Program-made: the position numbers and the translations under genes
Shown here: positions 37,021 through 50,728 of the stretch, piece by piece
Position numbering within the stretch: position 1 is the stretch's first letter
How the letters are laid out: each line of letters starts with the position of its first letter
Assembly: GCA_043228905.1 (NCBI GenBank)
Contig: JBHGNT010000008.1
Span: 10,292,001 to 10,356,000 of the forward strand
Length of the DNA: 64,000 bases
From: Azolla caroliniana
Lineage: Eukaryota; Plantae; Polypodiophyta
Direction: 5' to 3'
The notes under the pieces: generated by a model
What the model saw: the letters and a program-made list of their open reading frames with translations, nothing else
Told to the model about the DNA's origin: nothing
Databases searched by the model: none

Positions 37021-40000
37021 TGCTCAGCCACAACCGAGTCTTGAATCACTTCTATGAGAATGAAACACAGAAATGGGAAATGGAGAGTACACAAAGGAAA
37101 TACATATGATGTTTATGTGGAAAACCCAAAATAGAGAAAAACCACAGGAGCCCATGGACTCCAACTATCACTATGGGAGAAAGGTACAATCAGAGCCTCG
37201 GAGGCAATGACCTCGAGCTTTGTATCTTCGCCAACTGGTGGTTACAACAGAGTATCTCTCTGCATCTCACACACTCTCTCTCTCTCTGTCGCTCTCTATA
37301 CAACAGTTACAACAATATGACAACTACAACCTTACAAAGTGATTTCCCTAAGTCATATTTATACTTATATGAACTTAGGGCTATTTACAAATATAGCCTC
37401 AATAGGCTTACTCACCGGGTCTCCTCCGGTTCCGAATCTCTTCCGGTTCTCACCGCGTCCTCTTTATTTATCACCGGATCCCATCCGGAGAGACTGATTT
37501 CCCAACAATCTCCCCCTTCACTCTAGCATGGGATATCTTGTCAGCACGATCCACTTTCGACACGCGTCCAACTTGTCGGTTGTCAGGACCTTGGTCAGCA
37601 TGTCTAACCTATTCTCCTCCATGTGAATCTTCGTCAGCACGAACTCTTGATCTTCTACTCTCTCCCGGATCCAGTGGTACCTCCGTTGGATATGTTTCGT
37701 CCAGGAATGGTAGGCCGCGTTCTTTGCAAGGTGGATGGCACTTTGACTGTCGCAGTAGAGCCGGTATTCTTCCTGTTGGATCCCTAGCTCTCCGATGAAG
37801 TCCTTCATCTAGATTATCTCCTTACTGGCTTCTATAGCTGCCATATACTCCGCCTCCGTGGTTGACAATGCAACCATCTTATGCAGCCTTGACTGCCACG
37901 AAACAGCTCCCCCTACATAAGTCATGACATATCTGGATGTCGACCAACTAGTATCAGCATCAGCCAACATATCTGAATCCGTGAAACCATCGAGTTGGGG
38001 TTTTCTGGAGCCAAACTGGAGGCACATAATCGAGGTGCCTTTCAAATACCAGAGTATCCACTTGATTGCGTTCCAGTGCTCTCTTACGAGATTGCTCATG
38101 AACCAGCTCACCACTCCGACTACATATCCGATATTCGGTCGGGTACATACCATCACATACATCAAGCTCCCGAAGGCAGAGGCATATGGTATCTTCATCA
38201 TATCCGTCTTCTCCACCTTTGTCCTCGGGCATTGTTTTCCGAATAGCTTGCAGTTTGCCGGAAGTGTCGATCCGACCGGTTTCGCCTCCGACATGTTGAA
38301 CCCTTGAAGCATCTTTGTCACATACTTCTCCTGTGACAACCACAACAACTTCTTAGACCGGTCCCAGATGATGTGCATTCCTAATATCTGTCTTTCCGGC
38401 CCCAAGTCTTTCATTGAGAAGGTCTTATTCAAAGCCTTTTTCAGCATCCGAATCTTGCCTTGGTCTCATCCGACGATAAACATATCATCCACATACAGGA
38501 GGAGTATCAGGAAATCTCCTCCATCAAATTTCTTCAAAAACACGCAGTGATCGGCCTGCGTCTTGTGGTACCCTTGGTCGGTCATGAAGGAGTTGAACTT
38601 CTGGTACCATTGCCCGGGAGCTTGCTTAAGTCTGTATAGGCTCTTCTTCAGCCAGCACACCAGGTGCTCCTTCCCTTTCCTTTCAAATCCTTCCAATTGA
38701 TGCATGTAGATCTCTTCTTTGAGGTCGCCATGTAGGAATATCGTCTTGACGTCCAGTTGCTCTACCTCGAGGTCCATGGTTACCGCTATGCCCAATACCA
38801 TCCGGATGGATGTCATCTTTACTACTGGGGCAAAGATCTCATCGAAATCCACTCCTTTCTTCTGTTAGAAGCCCTTCACCACGATTCGGGCCTTATACTT
38901 GGGTGGATTTTCGGCATCGCCCGGTTTCAACTTGTACACCCACTTGTTCTGGAGTGCTCTCTTCCCTTTCGGCAACTCTGTCAGTTCATATGTGTGGTTC
39001 TCATGCAGGGAATCCATCTCATCCTGCATGGCACTCAACCACTTGTGGGTGTGGGTGTCTCTCTTTGCTTCTTTGAAGCTCTCCAGCTCCCCCTCATCAC
39101 TTAGCAACACATGCTCTACATCCGGAAATCTCTGAGGGGCTCTTCTCTCTCGGAGAGGATATCTCCATCCCTGGTTTTTGACTGCCGGTTCCTCCGTTTG
39201 TTCCGAATCCGAATCCGATTCGGGATCTTGTACAGTTCCGGTGTCTTCTTCTTCTTCTTTGGTTGGTTCGATTTCTTGTCCATATTCGGGCGGTTTGTTA
39301 AGTGTCATCCGGTTACCGGCTAGCATCCGGTTTTCAACCGGATAAGTCCTTGTGTCCTCAAGCCGGTTTTCAATGAATGATCCAGAGTTCATCACCTTCT
39401 CCGACTCCCAGTCGGAAATGGTCTTGTTTTCCATGAAGACTATGTCCTGACTCCGGAACACCTTCTTATCGACCAAATCCCACACCCGGTAATTGAACTC
39501 ATCATCGCCGTATGCAAGGAATATGCATGGCCTGGACATCGGATCCGTCTTTGCTCTCTTGTCCTTTGCAACATGCACATATGTGAGACACCCGAACACC
39601 TTCAAATGTCGGTCAGATACATCTTTACCGGTCCATACTTTCTGAGGTGAGTCTCCTTCTAATGGTGGCCCTCGCCTCGGATGCTGAGTGTGAATTCAAG
39701 GCATCAAAAAGACGGTAAAAAGTGGGTGTTGAGGGTGATCTATTTATCACATAGGTCGTCGTCCTAAGCGCCTCAACCCAAAACAACTTGGGTAACTTTG
39801 CATGTGCTAGCATGCTTCGGAATCTCTCCATTATGGTCTGGTTCATCCTTTCGGCCATCCCGTTTAGTTCTGTCGACTTCGGCATAGTAAACTTGAGCCA
39901 GATTCCCTTTGACCGGCAGTACTCCTCGAACTACCCATGGTATTCTCCTCTGTTATCTGCTCAAACCGCCTTCAGCTTCCGGCCAGTTTCTCTTTCCACT

Positions 40001-42190
40001 CTCGCGTAGAGCTCCTTGAAGACGGATAGCACCTGATCCTTCGTCTTCAATGGTGAGACCCACAGCTTCTGGCTGTGGTCATCTATGAACATCACAAAGT
40101 ATTGTGATCCGGCATGTGACTTCGTGTCCACTTGACACACATCGGTATGCATTCCGTCTCATCAGTGATCTTGATCAGAAGGAGGTTCGGTTTTGCTTGA
40201 AGGTCAAGCAATCGGTGCACTTCTCAAGTTGCGCATCCTTCACTGGAATGAGGTTGTCTTCGGCAAGCCTCTTCATCCACTTCTCACTCATGTGACACAA
40301 TCTTATGTGCCACAGCTCATCGGCTGTGTCAGATGCTACGTTCACTTCTTCCCGGCATATCGGGGCATTCATCAAGTACAATGTGTTGATCTTCCGGGAT
40401 TGAGCCACTATCAAGCTTCCCTTGCGGAATTTCATAACACCGTTCCGGATGCTACCCATGTAGCCTTCATCATCTTGCCGACCGGCTGATATCAAGTTCA
40501 GTCGAACCTTCGAACATGTCGGACATCCTTCAACAGCAATTTCCATCCAGTTGATGTCATCAACAACACATCTCCTATGCTGATAATTTGGCTTGTGCCT
40601 TCATTCCCCATCCGAACACAATCATGATCACTGGCTATATAGGATGAGAAGCATTTTTGATCCGGTGTCAGGTGGAACGACACTACGAAATCGACAACCC
40701 ATGTTGTCTCGTCACTGACAAGGTTTAACTCATTGTCTTCGGTAATGAGCATCAGTTCTTCTTCACTTGTCGTGATCACCGACGTTCCTTTCCAATTCGG
40801 GCCTCTTCAGTCTGAACTATTTCGGTCCGAACTCTTCTTCAAATTGGTAGTGTCGGTTTCCTTTTCCTTCCGGAAATGCCGACAGTTCTTTTGGAAGTGT
40901 CCCGGCTTCTCACAATAGAAGCACGTGGACCTCCCCCTTGACTTTGACCTCGTCCCCGATTTGTCCTAGTTTTGGGAACTTCGATACTGGCCTCTTCCCC
41001 GGTTGAGGTCATCTTCCATAACCAAGGCCTTTGGATCGGTTCCGGACTCCCGGTCCTTCCGGTGAGCTTCTTCATCTAGCAAGCTTGATTTTACCCTTTC
41101 TAGGGACAACTGTTTTCCATCCAGCCCGGCGTTGCCCAACGTGACAACTAACGTCTCCCAGCTATCCGGGAGGGAACCGAGCAGGAGCAATGCTAGTACC
41201 TCATCTGCGAGAGGTACTTCCAACGAGGTTGCTTGATGTATCAGCCCCTGGAAGGCATTGATGTGCTCCGCCATACTGGAGCCGTCTTGCTACCGGAGCC
41301 TCACTAGCTTCCGGAATACTGAAACCCAATTAACAACATTCTTGTTCTGGAACATGATGTCGATCTTCTCCTAGAGTTCATGAGCCTTGCTCTCTTCATT
41401 GAAGTTTTTGTACATGCTCATGTCGATGAAGCACCGGATGTATGTCATCATCTTCATGTGCATCACCTCCCCCACTGTGGCATCGATCTTATCGGGTCTC
41501 TTGTCCCCAAACTAAACCAGCAACCAAAGATCTTTGACCACCAACATATTCCTCATCTTCGACTTCCACGCTGAGTAGTTGGAGCCGGTGATCTTGAACA
41601 TGCCGCCGAACGATTCTTCCATTTCCCGTGTTGTTCGCTCTGATACCACTTGTCAAGGATTAGCGCACAATATTGCTGAGCCACAACCGAGTCTTGAATC
41701 ACTTCTATGAGAATGAAACACAGAAATGGGAAATGGAGAGTACACAAAGGAAATACACAGGATGTTTACGTGGAAAACCCAAATAGGGAAAACCATGAGA
41801 GCCCACGGACTCCAACTATCACTATGGGAGAAAGGTACAATCAGAGCCTCAGAGGCAACGACCTCAAGCTCTGTATCTTCGCCAACCGGTGGTTACAACA
41901 GTGTATCTCTTTGTATCTCACACTCTCTCTCTCGGTTGCTCTCTGTACAATAGTTACAACAATATGACAACTACAACCTTACAAAGTGATTGCCCTAAGT
42001 CATATTTATACTTATATGAGCTTGGGGCTATTTACAAATATAGCCTCAATAGGCTTAAAACATATTTACAGATATGTCCTATCTTCCGGTTCTCACCGGG
42101 TCTCCTCCGGTTTCAGGATCTCTTTTCGGTTCTCACCGGGTCCTCTTTATTCATCACTGGATCCCATCCAAAGAGACCGATTTCCCAATA
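37021..42190 (-). mobile_element. Element I: Tork/Tnt1-like Copia inserted in H
   Basis: LTRs ~37021-37507 (outer end lost) and 41651-42190. tRNA-iMet PBS at 41637-41648. PPT at ~37509-37519. Confidence 0.9.
37518..41622 (-). pseudogene. I gag-pol, disrupted
   Basis: LLLGSLPDSWETL gag; QNKWVYKLK...KARIVVKGF, FAPVVKMTSIR, YVDDM, KHIQRRYHWIRE. Confidence 0.92.
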
Positions 42191-45100
42191 GATCAGCCTT
42201 CCCATGAAATTTGATGGAACGCGATCGCATTTTAGAGGATTCCTTAAATCAAGTATGATTAGTCATTCAAATGCATCATTCCTGATATCCTATTGATGCA
42301 TCACGAGTGGGTTTAGTAGGCACGTTGTTAAGTGGCTCAACTTTGGCATGGTTCGCTCCATTGTTAGAAAAGGAATCTCCTTTACTAAACAATTTTGAAG
42401 AGTTTTTAAGTGAGTTTAAAGCCTGTTTTGGAGATACTAACAGCATAAGGACAACAATCAACAAAATCTGACGATTACGTCAAGGTGATCGTTCAACCTC
42501 TGCATACGCTGCAGATTTCCGCCTACTCACCTCCGATATCCCCTAGGATGACCAAGCACTAATGGAACAATTTCGTTATGGTCTACGTAACGATGTCAAG
42601 GATTTACTCTTGACCTTCCCCAAAGAACCAAAGTCATTGACAAAAGCAATTAGTCGCGCGGTGAGATGCGACAACTGTCTTTTCGAACGACGTTCGGAAC
42701 ATCAGTTCCAAATGCCAAGGGCAAGATCAGAGCTTAGCTACGCCTCAGTGGTAGCAAAAACTTTTCCAAGCGAGTCATATAATGCGTCTCTAGTGAATGC
42801 TCCAACTCCGATGGAAATTGGAACTACATGTCGTTGCGAACCATTACCGGAAGAAGAAAAGCAACAACGCCGAGCAAATCGACTATGTCTTTATTGCGGT
42901 GGACTAGGGCATATTGCAGTGAATTGTCCCCATAGGCCAAGAGGACAGGTAAACCAAATAGTTGCTAGTTCTAATTGTACTAAACCCGAGTCTATTTCAG
43001 TAGGAATATCTGATAGTCCTAATAGTACTAATAGCCCAAATCTATCGAACAAATTTGATGTCCTTAGTCAGTTAGAAGAAGACTTAAACGACTAAGTCCA
43101 GCCAAAATAGGAGCCGTTTGGTTGGACAACCCTAGATCTGTGCAGCCCATTAGTGGTTCCATTCCCTCTCAACAAGTTAGCAATGTGTTCTTAGCCCAAG
43201 TAACAGTTAGTACTAAAAGTACCTCTCCAGTACATGTCTCAACACTCATAGATTCCAGAGCTAATTCTTGCTTCATGGATAGGAATTTTGTCCAAGCTCA
43301 TCAGATATCCCTAAGAAAACTCCTGTGTCCAACCTCTGTAGTAGTCATTGATGGTCGTCCCATTACTTCCGGAAATATCATAGAAGAGTCAGAGCCCATT
43401 AATATTGTCCTAGATAATTTAGCGTGTGTAGTGTCCTTTAATATAATTAGTATCCCAGAACATCCCATGGTTTGAATTACATAACCCAGACATAAATTGG
43501 AGAACAAGAAAAATCCAGTATCGACAAACCCGAGGATCTACTCATAAGATTGCAACCATTTCACTACATCAGTTGTGTGAGGAAGGGCACAAGGAAGAAA
43601 TGATTCTCTTTGTAGTATCAGTAAAACCCTCTAACATCACTAAAGAGGATTCCACCGTTCAACTTCCAGAGAAGTATCGTCATTATGCCATTGTGTTCGA
43701 TAAAGTACAAGCCAATTCGCTTCCTCACCATCGACCGTATGATTATCCCATTGATTTACAACCGGGAAAAGACCCACCATGGGGACCAATCTACAATTTT
43801 TCACCAACCAAGCTAGAAGTCTTTAGAGCCTATATAGAGGAGAATTTGACAAATGGTTTCATTCGACATTCGAAATCTCCAACCGGCGCACCCATTTTCT
43901 TCGTCAAGGAAAAGGATGGATCACTTCTTCTCGTCGTAGATTACCGTGGCTTGAATAAGATTACCATCAGGAATAAATATGCACTTCCCCTTATCTCAAG
44001 TCTTTTAGAACAGATCAATGGTGCAAGGTTCTTCACAAAGATCGACTTACGAGGAGCATATAACCTCGTACAGATCTGACCAGGAGATGAATGGAAGACC
44101 TTGTTTCGCACCAGATATGGGCACTTCGAGTATACGGTCATGCCATTCAGCCTCACTAATGCGCCATCAGTCTTCCAGTAGATGGAAAATGATATATTCT
44201 GAGACCTCTTGGATGTTTGTTTGATCATCTATTTGGATGATCTACTGGTTTATTCAAAGACCCAAGAAGAGCATGATTCTCATGTACTGTTAGTACTAAA
44301 ATGACTTCGAGAACATGGTCTTTATGCAAAGTTGGAAAAATGTAGTTTCGAGTGCAACCAGGTAGAATTTTTGGGCTATGTCATTTCCTCAGAAGGCATC
44401 TCCATGGATCCAGCTAAGGTCAAAACGGTGGTAGAGTGACAGACTCCATGTCCATTGTGAGATGTGCAATGCTTTTAGGCTTTTCCAATTTCTACCGCAA
44501 GTTTAAACAGGATTACTCAAAGCTTGTTCTACCTCTCACACAGCTTACCAGGAAGGTACAATCGTTCGTTTGGTCTAAAGAAGCAGACATGGCTTTTGAG
44601 AGTCTTAAGAAGGCATTTACATCAGCTCCTATTCTAGCTCATGTTGATCCGGGAAAACCATTCATCATCAAAGCAGACGCGTCGGATTTCGCCTTGGGTA
44701 GCATTCTGTCACAACAAGGCGATGATGAAAAGCTAGATCATGTGGCTTTTCACTCACGCAAGTTTGACGCAGTTGAAATCAACTATAAATTCATGATAAG
44801 GAGTTATTAGCAATAGTGGACTCTTTTACACAATGGAGGAATTTTCTAGAGGGATCTTCTCATCAAGTCACCATATTTAGTGATCACAAAAACCTTGCCT
44901 ACTTTCAAAATGCTCATGTGTTAAATCGACGTCAAGCTCAGTGGGCCCAATTCCTCATTCGTTTCCACTTCAAAATTACATATCTTCCAAGCAAGCAACA
45001 AGGGAAGGCAAATGCATTATCACGACGCTCGTATCTAGCACCGCGTCCTGGCGAGCCAGCTTTCGATAACCAAAAGCAAGTAATCTTGGGACCGGCATGA

Positions 45101-46650
45101 CTACAAGCAATGTAGGTCTTCGATAGGCCCTTGGATTCCCACGTTATCAATACCATATGTGAGGACTTGAAGACAAATGCTTTCGGCCAAGCCATTCTAG
45201 CACAAATGGATTCCTCTCGAGCATCTTGTTCATAGTTGCAACAACCAGGTACGGACTATCGACAATTCGAATGTCATGATGGATTACTATTCTTTAAGAA
45301 ACTCTTGTATGTTCCTAATGGTTCTTATCTCCTTCGAGTAGTCCAAAACTGTCATGACACATATACAGCTGGGCATTTTGGTAGTACTAAAACATTAGAT
45401 TTAGTACAACGATCATTCTGGTGGCCCCATATGCGACAATTTGTCAAAGATTTTGTTCAGACTTGTGATACATGTTGCAGAGCAAAAATGCCAAGGCATC
45501 ATCCATATGGTTTATTAGAACCATTACCAATTCCAAGCAAGCCGTGGCAATCCATTGCTCTAGATTTCATCACAGATCTTCCGTTCTCTAAGGGATTCGA
45601 TGTGATCTTAACAGTGATAGATCGATATACGAAGATGGCCCATTTTCTGCAATGTACTAAGGAAATCTCCAGTGAGGAAACCACCGAAACTATCATGTGT
45701 GAACTATGTTGGCATCATGGCCTTCCCAATAATATCATCAGCGACCGTGGACCCCAATTTGTCTCAAAATTCTGGAAGCACCTCTTTAAAATGCTCAAGG
45801 TCACTTGTAACCTCTCCTCTGGTTACCACCCCCGCAAACAGACGACTAAGCAGAACGAACAAATCAAACACTGGAGCAGTATCTTAGGTGCTTTCTAAGC
45901 TATCATCAAGATGACTGGGCGGATATTCTCCACTTCACCGAATTTGCTTATAATAACTCTGTCCACTCATCGTGAAGGTTACACCATTTCATGCTTATAC
46001 GGGTTGTCACCCCTAGTGGTGTGTATTTGAAACCCCAAAGTTACCCACAAATCCTTGTGCAGAGGATCGTTTGGACCGGTTACGCAAGATACAAGCGGAT
46101 TTATCTACTCATCTACAACAAGCTCAACAAACGCACAAGGTTTACGCGGATCGTCATCGGCTTCCATCCAGTTTTAACATTGGAGATCGGGTATGGCTAC
46201 TACAACGACACATCAAGACTACTCGCCCATGTGAGAAGTTGGATTATCGGCCATTAGGTCCTTTCCATATTATCGAAAAAATTAATGATGTCGCTTTTCG
46301 TCTCGATCGACCTCCACAACATCGGATACATCCGGTGTTTCATAGTTCTCTCCTCGAATCCTATCAAGACAGCACCATCCCAGGTCGTATTAAACAACCT
46401 CCACCCCCGATCGAACTTGAAGATGGACCTAAGTACAAGGTTGCCACCATCCTCGATTCCATGATTGTTCGCAACAAGCTCTACTATTTAGTCGATTGGC
46501 TAGGATATAGTCCCATTGAGCGTACTTGAGAACCAATAGAAAATATGACCAATGCTTGTGCTCTTCTTGAAGACTTCCATCGTCAATATCCAGACAAACC
46601 GGGTCCCCAATCCAAAATGACTCGTGACACTCGTCGTTTTAAAAGGGGGG
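42191..46650 (+). pseudogene. H gag-pol (gag, CCHC, PR, RT, RH, INT, chromodomain), disrupted
   Basis: ISLPMKFDGTRS, PTPMEIG, CLYCGGLGHIAVNC, HRPYDYPIDLQPG, KIDLRGAYNL, PWQSIALDF, YYLVDWLGY. Confidence 0.92.
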
Positions 46651-46951
46651 ATAGTGTCATAATATGGCAAGACTCAAACCCATGACCTTGTGTTATATGG
46701 GTCGAGCTCTTGATCATTAGACTATATATTATAATACAAAAAATATTATTTTCATTTTAGTTTTACTATAGAAAATTAATGTATATTTCAGATTTCTCTG
46801 GAACATTCTAGAAACTTCAGGAGTACTCGTGAGAACACTATAAAAGGAGGCACAGGGCATTATTTCGAACCAAATCGGTTCAACGCCAGTCTTAAGCCTC
46901 CTAAGCTACTATTGTATATTCTCTTAACATAATATATATCTTTTGTTATCA

Positions 46952-46955
<4 letters not shown>

Positions 46956-47012
<57 letters not shown>
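46956..47012. repeat. (CT)n microsatellite, expanded in the H 3' LTR
   Basis: Long pure CT run; the 5' LTR copy is shorter and interrupted. Confidence 0.9.
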
Positions 47013-47017
<5 letters not shown>

Positions 47018-47152
47018 ACTCACTCTTTCCTTCTCTCGAGAGTTCTACACCTCCCTTAGTACAAATCCTCATCGTTTAGTACTAATTCGTTCTCTATCTT
47101 AGTATTGTTCCTAACAGTACTTCTCTGTCTTAGTACTATTCTTGACAGTCAT

Positions 47153-49292
47153 GAGTTGATATGGAGAGTAAACATAATATGATGATGGTCGTAATTGGAG
47201 AAGTTGCATTGCATGTCCCCATGTTGAACTAGGCAAATTTGATTTGAGAAGAATCGGCCACACAATTACTTGGATTTGTTTAATCAATGATTCAACCATA
47301 CCATTTTGAGTGTGAACATGAGGAGTTGAAACTTCAACATTAATACCCAAAGATTTGTAATAGCAAATAAAGGTTGTTGATGTAAATTCAGCAGCGTTAT
47401 CCATCCGAATCGAGTTAATTGGAAAATCTGGGAATTGGGCATGCAACTTGATGATAAAGGTGAGAAGTTGAGGCAATGCCATGTTGCGAGTAGAAAGAAG
47501 TGTGACGTGAGAAAAACGCAATGAAGTAATAAAATGGTCCAAAAGGAGGGTGCACTAGTCCATGGATATCACCATCTATACGCTCTAAAACTTTTGGTGA
47601 CTCATACGATTCCTTGTACAAGGAAGGACGAATCACGAGCTTTCCTTGTGCGCATGGAACACAAATACGAGTTTTAACTTGATTCAAGTATTCCAACATT
47701 AAAGGTAGATCTTGAACATTATTGATCATTCTCCTAATCATTGTATTGCCAGGATGACCTAGTCGATCATGCCAGAGATCCATTATATTGGTATTGACCT
47801 TCGAGAAAATATTGGAGTAGGGGGGAAATGAAGCCATGCGGATCTCCAAGCTTTAAGGTTGAAACAATACAATTGATTTGGTAAGACTTCTAACTCATCA
47901 ATAACTTGGGTAGTATTTGACAGGTGCTTGACAACTACCATTGTCTCTTTCCCATCTTGTTCCCATGTCATGAGGTGGTATCCATTGCGCCGCACATCTG
48001 CAAATGCAAGAAGATTTCTTAGCGAGGTAGGCACATAGATAGTATCATGTATTTCCAAGAAAGCACCGCTTGGAAGTTGGATAGTGACAGGGCCTCTTCC
48101 TTGTCCGATACAAGAACCATCTATAGTCTTGATGTTGAAAAGGGCTTGATCTTTAATATGATGAAATAATTCTTTATGATATAGAATAGTGTGTGTTGAG
48201 GTGCAATCAATAACACAAAGAAAATGGCTTGTATACAAATCAATCATATGGGCTTCAATCATGTTGGCTTCAGGCTTGAATTCCAAAGGTTGATCCATAA
48301 AACTATACTCTAAGGTTGTAATTGATGGTGAGATCGTTGATGTTTCTGCTACCATATTAGCCTCCGGTTTCCTATCTTAACCTTGCTTGGCATACTTCTA
48401 GTAAAAATGAACATGAAATTTAGAAGTTCGGCATGTATTTGCCCAATTTCCTTGTGGACCACATCGAAGACATGAACTCGATGAAGGCTTATCTTGACTT
48501 GACTTTGATTGATGGTGCATTGGCTTGACTTGATAACTTGTGGGATATTAATTCTTGTGTTGATTTCTTCTTGCTCTTCCTCTTCCTCGACTCTGTGCAT
48601 ATGGGTGTTGATGACGACGTTGTCGTCTAGAATAATGACTCTCGACATGCGTCAAATCCTTGAATTGTAGAGGAGCCGCAAGTTGACTAACTAGATGAAG
48701 TTTGTCGTTCTTGAGGAGAACTTGGTGGTGTTTCTTAGCGACAAGAAGTGCAAATAAAAGTTCAACATAGTTTTAAAACCACAATTATGATATTGTTCAG
48801 AAAGATTAAAATTTGAGGGATGAAAACTAGTTAACGTTTTGTGGATTAGATTCGCCTCTTGAAAAAGGTTGTCATGACCACAAAATTTAAGTTTAGAAAT
48901 GATATCAAATAGTGAGGAATTATATTTAGCAACTGTTTGAAATCTTGAAAACAAAGTTGATTCCATTCATGCAAAGTGTTGGGGCCGAGAACAGTTCGTT
49001 GATGATCAAAGCAAGCTTTGAGTTGCTTCGAGAGAGTTGATGGATTCTTGATGGAGAAGTATTGATTCCAAAGGCTTAGATCAAGGTGATGAAGGATGAA
49101 GATGAACGCTTCTGATCCCTTCTTTCTAGCATTTGAGTTCTCAGCATCATTAAAATTATCACTTACCGTATGACAGAGATCTTTCATCGTGAGATGGCCT
49201 TCAACATGAACCATCTGAGTCTCATAATTGGACCCATCGAACGCAAGTGGCAGGAATAAGCATTTCTCTATTTGTAGAGCTTGAGAAGCCAT
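47153..49292 (-). pseudogene. G gag, protease and integrase N-terminus (decayed)
   Basis: LAFDGSNY gag start, IDCTSTHTIL, LWHDRLGHPG, IRMDNAAEF, HVHTQNG. Confidence 0.85.
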
Positions 49293-50728
49293 GCTAATGG
49301 TAAGGATAAGGTGGATTTGTATAAGAGAATAATTAATTGTTATGGTAGAGGCTAATTGTGCTGATAATGTGTTATAGAATAGACTGATTATAGATTATTA
49401 TGCAAGTTCAAAGCGTGATTACATATTAATTTAGATCACAAATCACATATCAATATAATCTCTACATAGAGCTCATACGCTATGCTCTTCTATAGAATGC
49501 CAAAATGATTCAGATACATGAGTTTATGACCCACCAAATGATGGGATGCATGCATACTATTTACATCATGACATGTTAACTAAAGCTTAAGACTGAGGTA
49601 GATATAACATGACTCATTACATGCATGAGTTCATAACAGAGCTAATATTATGTTGTGGAAGCCTTTTTAGAAGAAAAGTGAAGACCAAAAGAATAACAAA
49701 GAAGACACCTATAAAGACGGCATTGGTCAAAGATAAAGAGAAGACCCTACAAAGGAAAGAAAAAGGACCCCCATGAAAGAAAGTAAGAAGACACTCATCA
49801 AAGAATGGATGAAGTGTTCGACAACTCAAAGCAAGAAGATTTGCACAAGTGTCCTTCAAGGCACAAAATTAAGATGGGGGGTTATTTCCTTCGTGCACGA
49901 CCGGAAAATTATGAAGAAGTGAGAAAAGATTACTTCGTGCACGACCTCCATAACTCAGAAACTAATGCATAAGTCATGTTTCGCACATTACACCTATTAT
50001 CATTCCCATTTGTTCTACATACCTCCCAAGTGCAAACACACCCATCCCCATATATACCCTTAGAATCAGTATGCATAGTATTCACTCTCAGCCTTAACAT
50101 GTCCATTTTAATGTGGTACGCACAACAACATGTGTTCCTCTCCTTTAACTTTCTAACAAAACACAGTTTCAAACCTTGAAACTTGCAAAATCCAAAATTG
50201 ATGCTTGGATGTTAGTCTTTGAATTTCCTGAACAATTCAACCTACATCACTCAATATATAGTGAACATTGTAAAGGATCGGGTATAATTCTTGTGTTGCG
50301 GAAGAGATGTGTGTTATGTTTATGTGAGAGGAATTATAGGGAGATGAGAGAACACAAGATAGATAGAAAAAGGAATACTCAAGAAGAAGGTGTATATTTC
50401 TCGAGTAGAATAAGAATTACAAAATGTAGCATAACAAGGAGTCACAACAGACTTAGTATGAAGTAGGAGAAGGGTGCGTTATATATAGTCACCCTCTCTC
50501 TTCATTAACTAACTACAACAACCACTCTCTCTTGGGGAATGTGAAGACTCATAGTCATGGGGAATATGTAACTCATTAGTTATGTGTCATAGAATATGAT
50601 TCTATGACACAGTTAATGTGTAGAGAGTAGTGGTGTGACTCTTGACCTTTGAGTAATCATAGATTCTCAAAAGGTGTGTTCACACGTTGTGCTATGTTGA
50701 GCTTGATTCTCAACATGCCCCCTCAAGC

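Larger units (their letters stand above)
36643..47147 (+). mobile_element. Element H: Tcn1-like (fungal-type) chromovirus Gypsy inserted in the G integrase
   Basis: Truncated 5' LTR 36643-~37013; 3' LTR 46655-47147; PPT AAAAGGGGGGA; perfect TSD GTCAT. Confidence 0.92.
33999..49638 (-). mobile_element. Element G: old Bianca-lineage Copia
   Basis: Diverged LTRs 33999-34334 and 49370-49638. TTATCAGCAC half-tRNA-Met-type PBS. PPT at 34335-34344. TSD GAGTT/GAGCT. Bianca-type motifs YSPVMDA..FR and IKHISPKFFF. Confidence 0.87.

Noticed and set aside
49889-49946. 14-bp direct repeat CTTCGTGCACGACC as a CACTA end or TSD
   Set aside because: No matching inverted terminus was found; more likely a repair scar at the end of the transposase relic.
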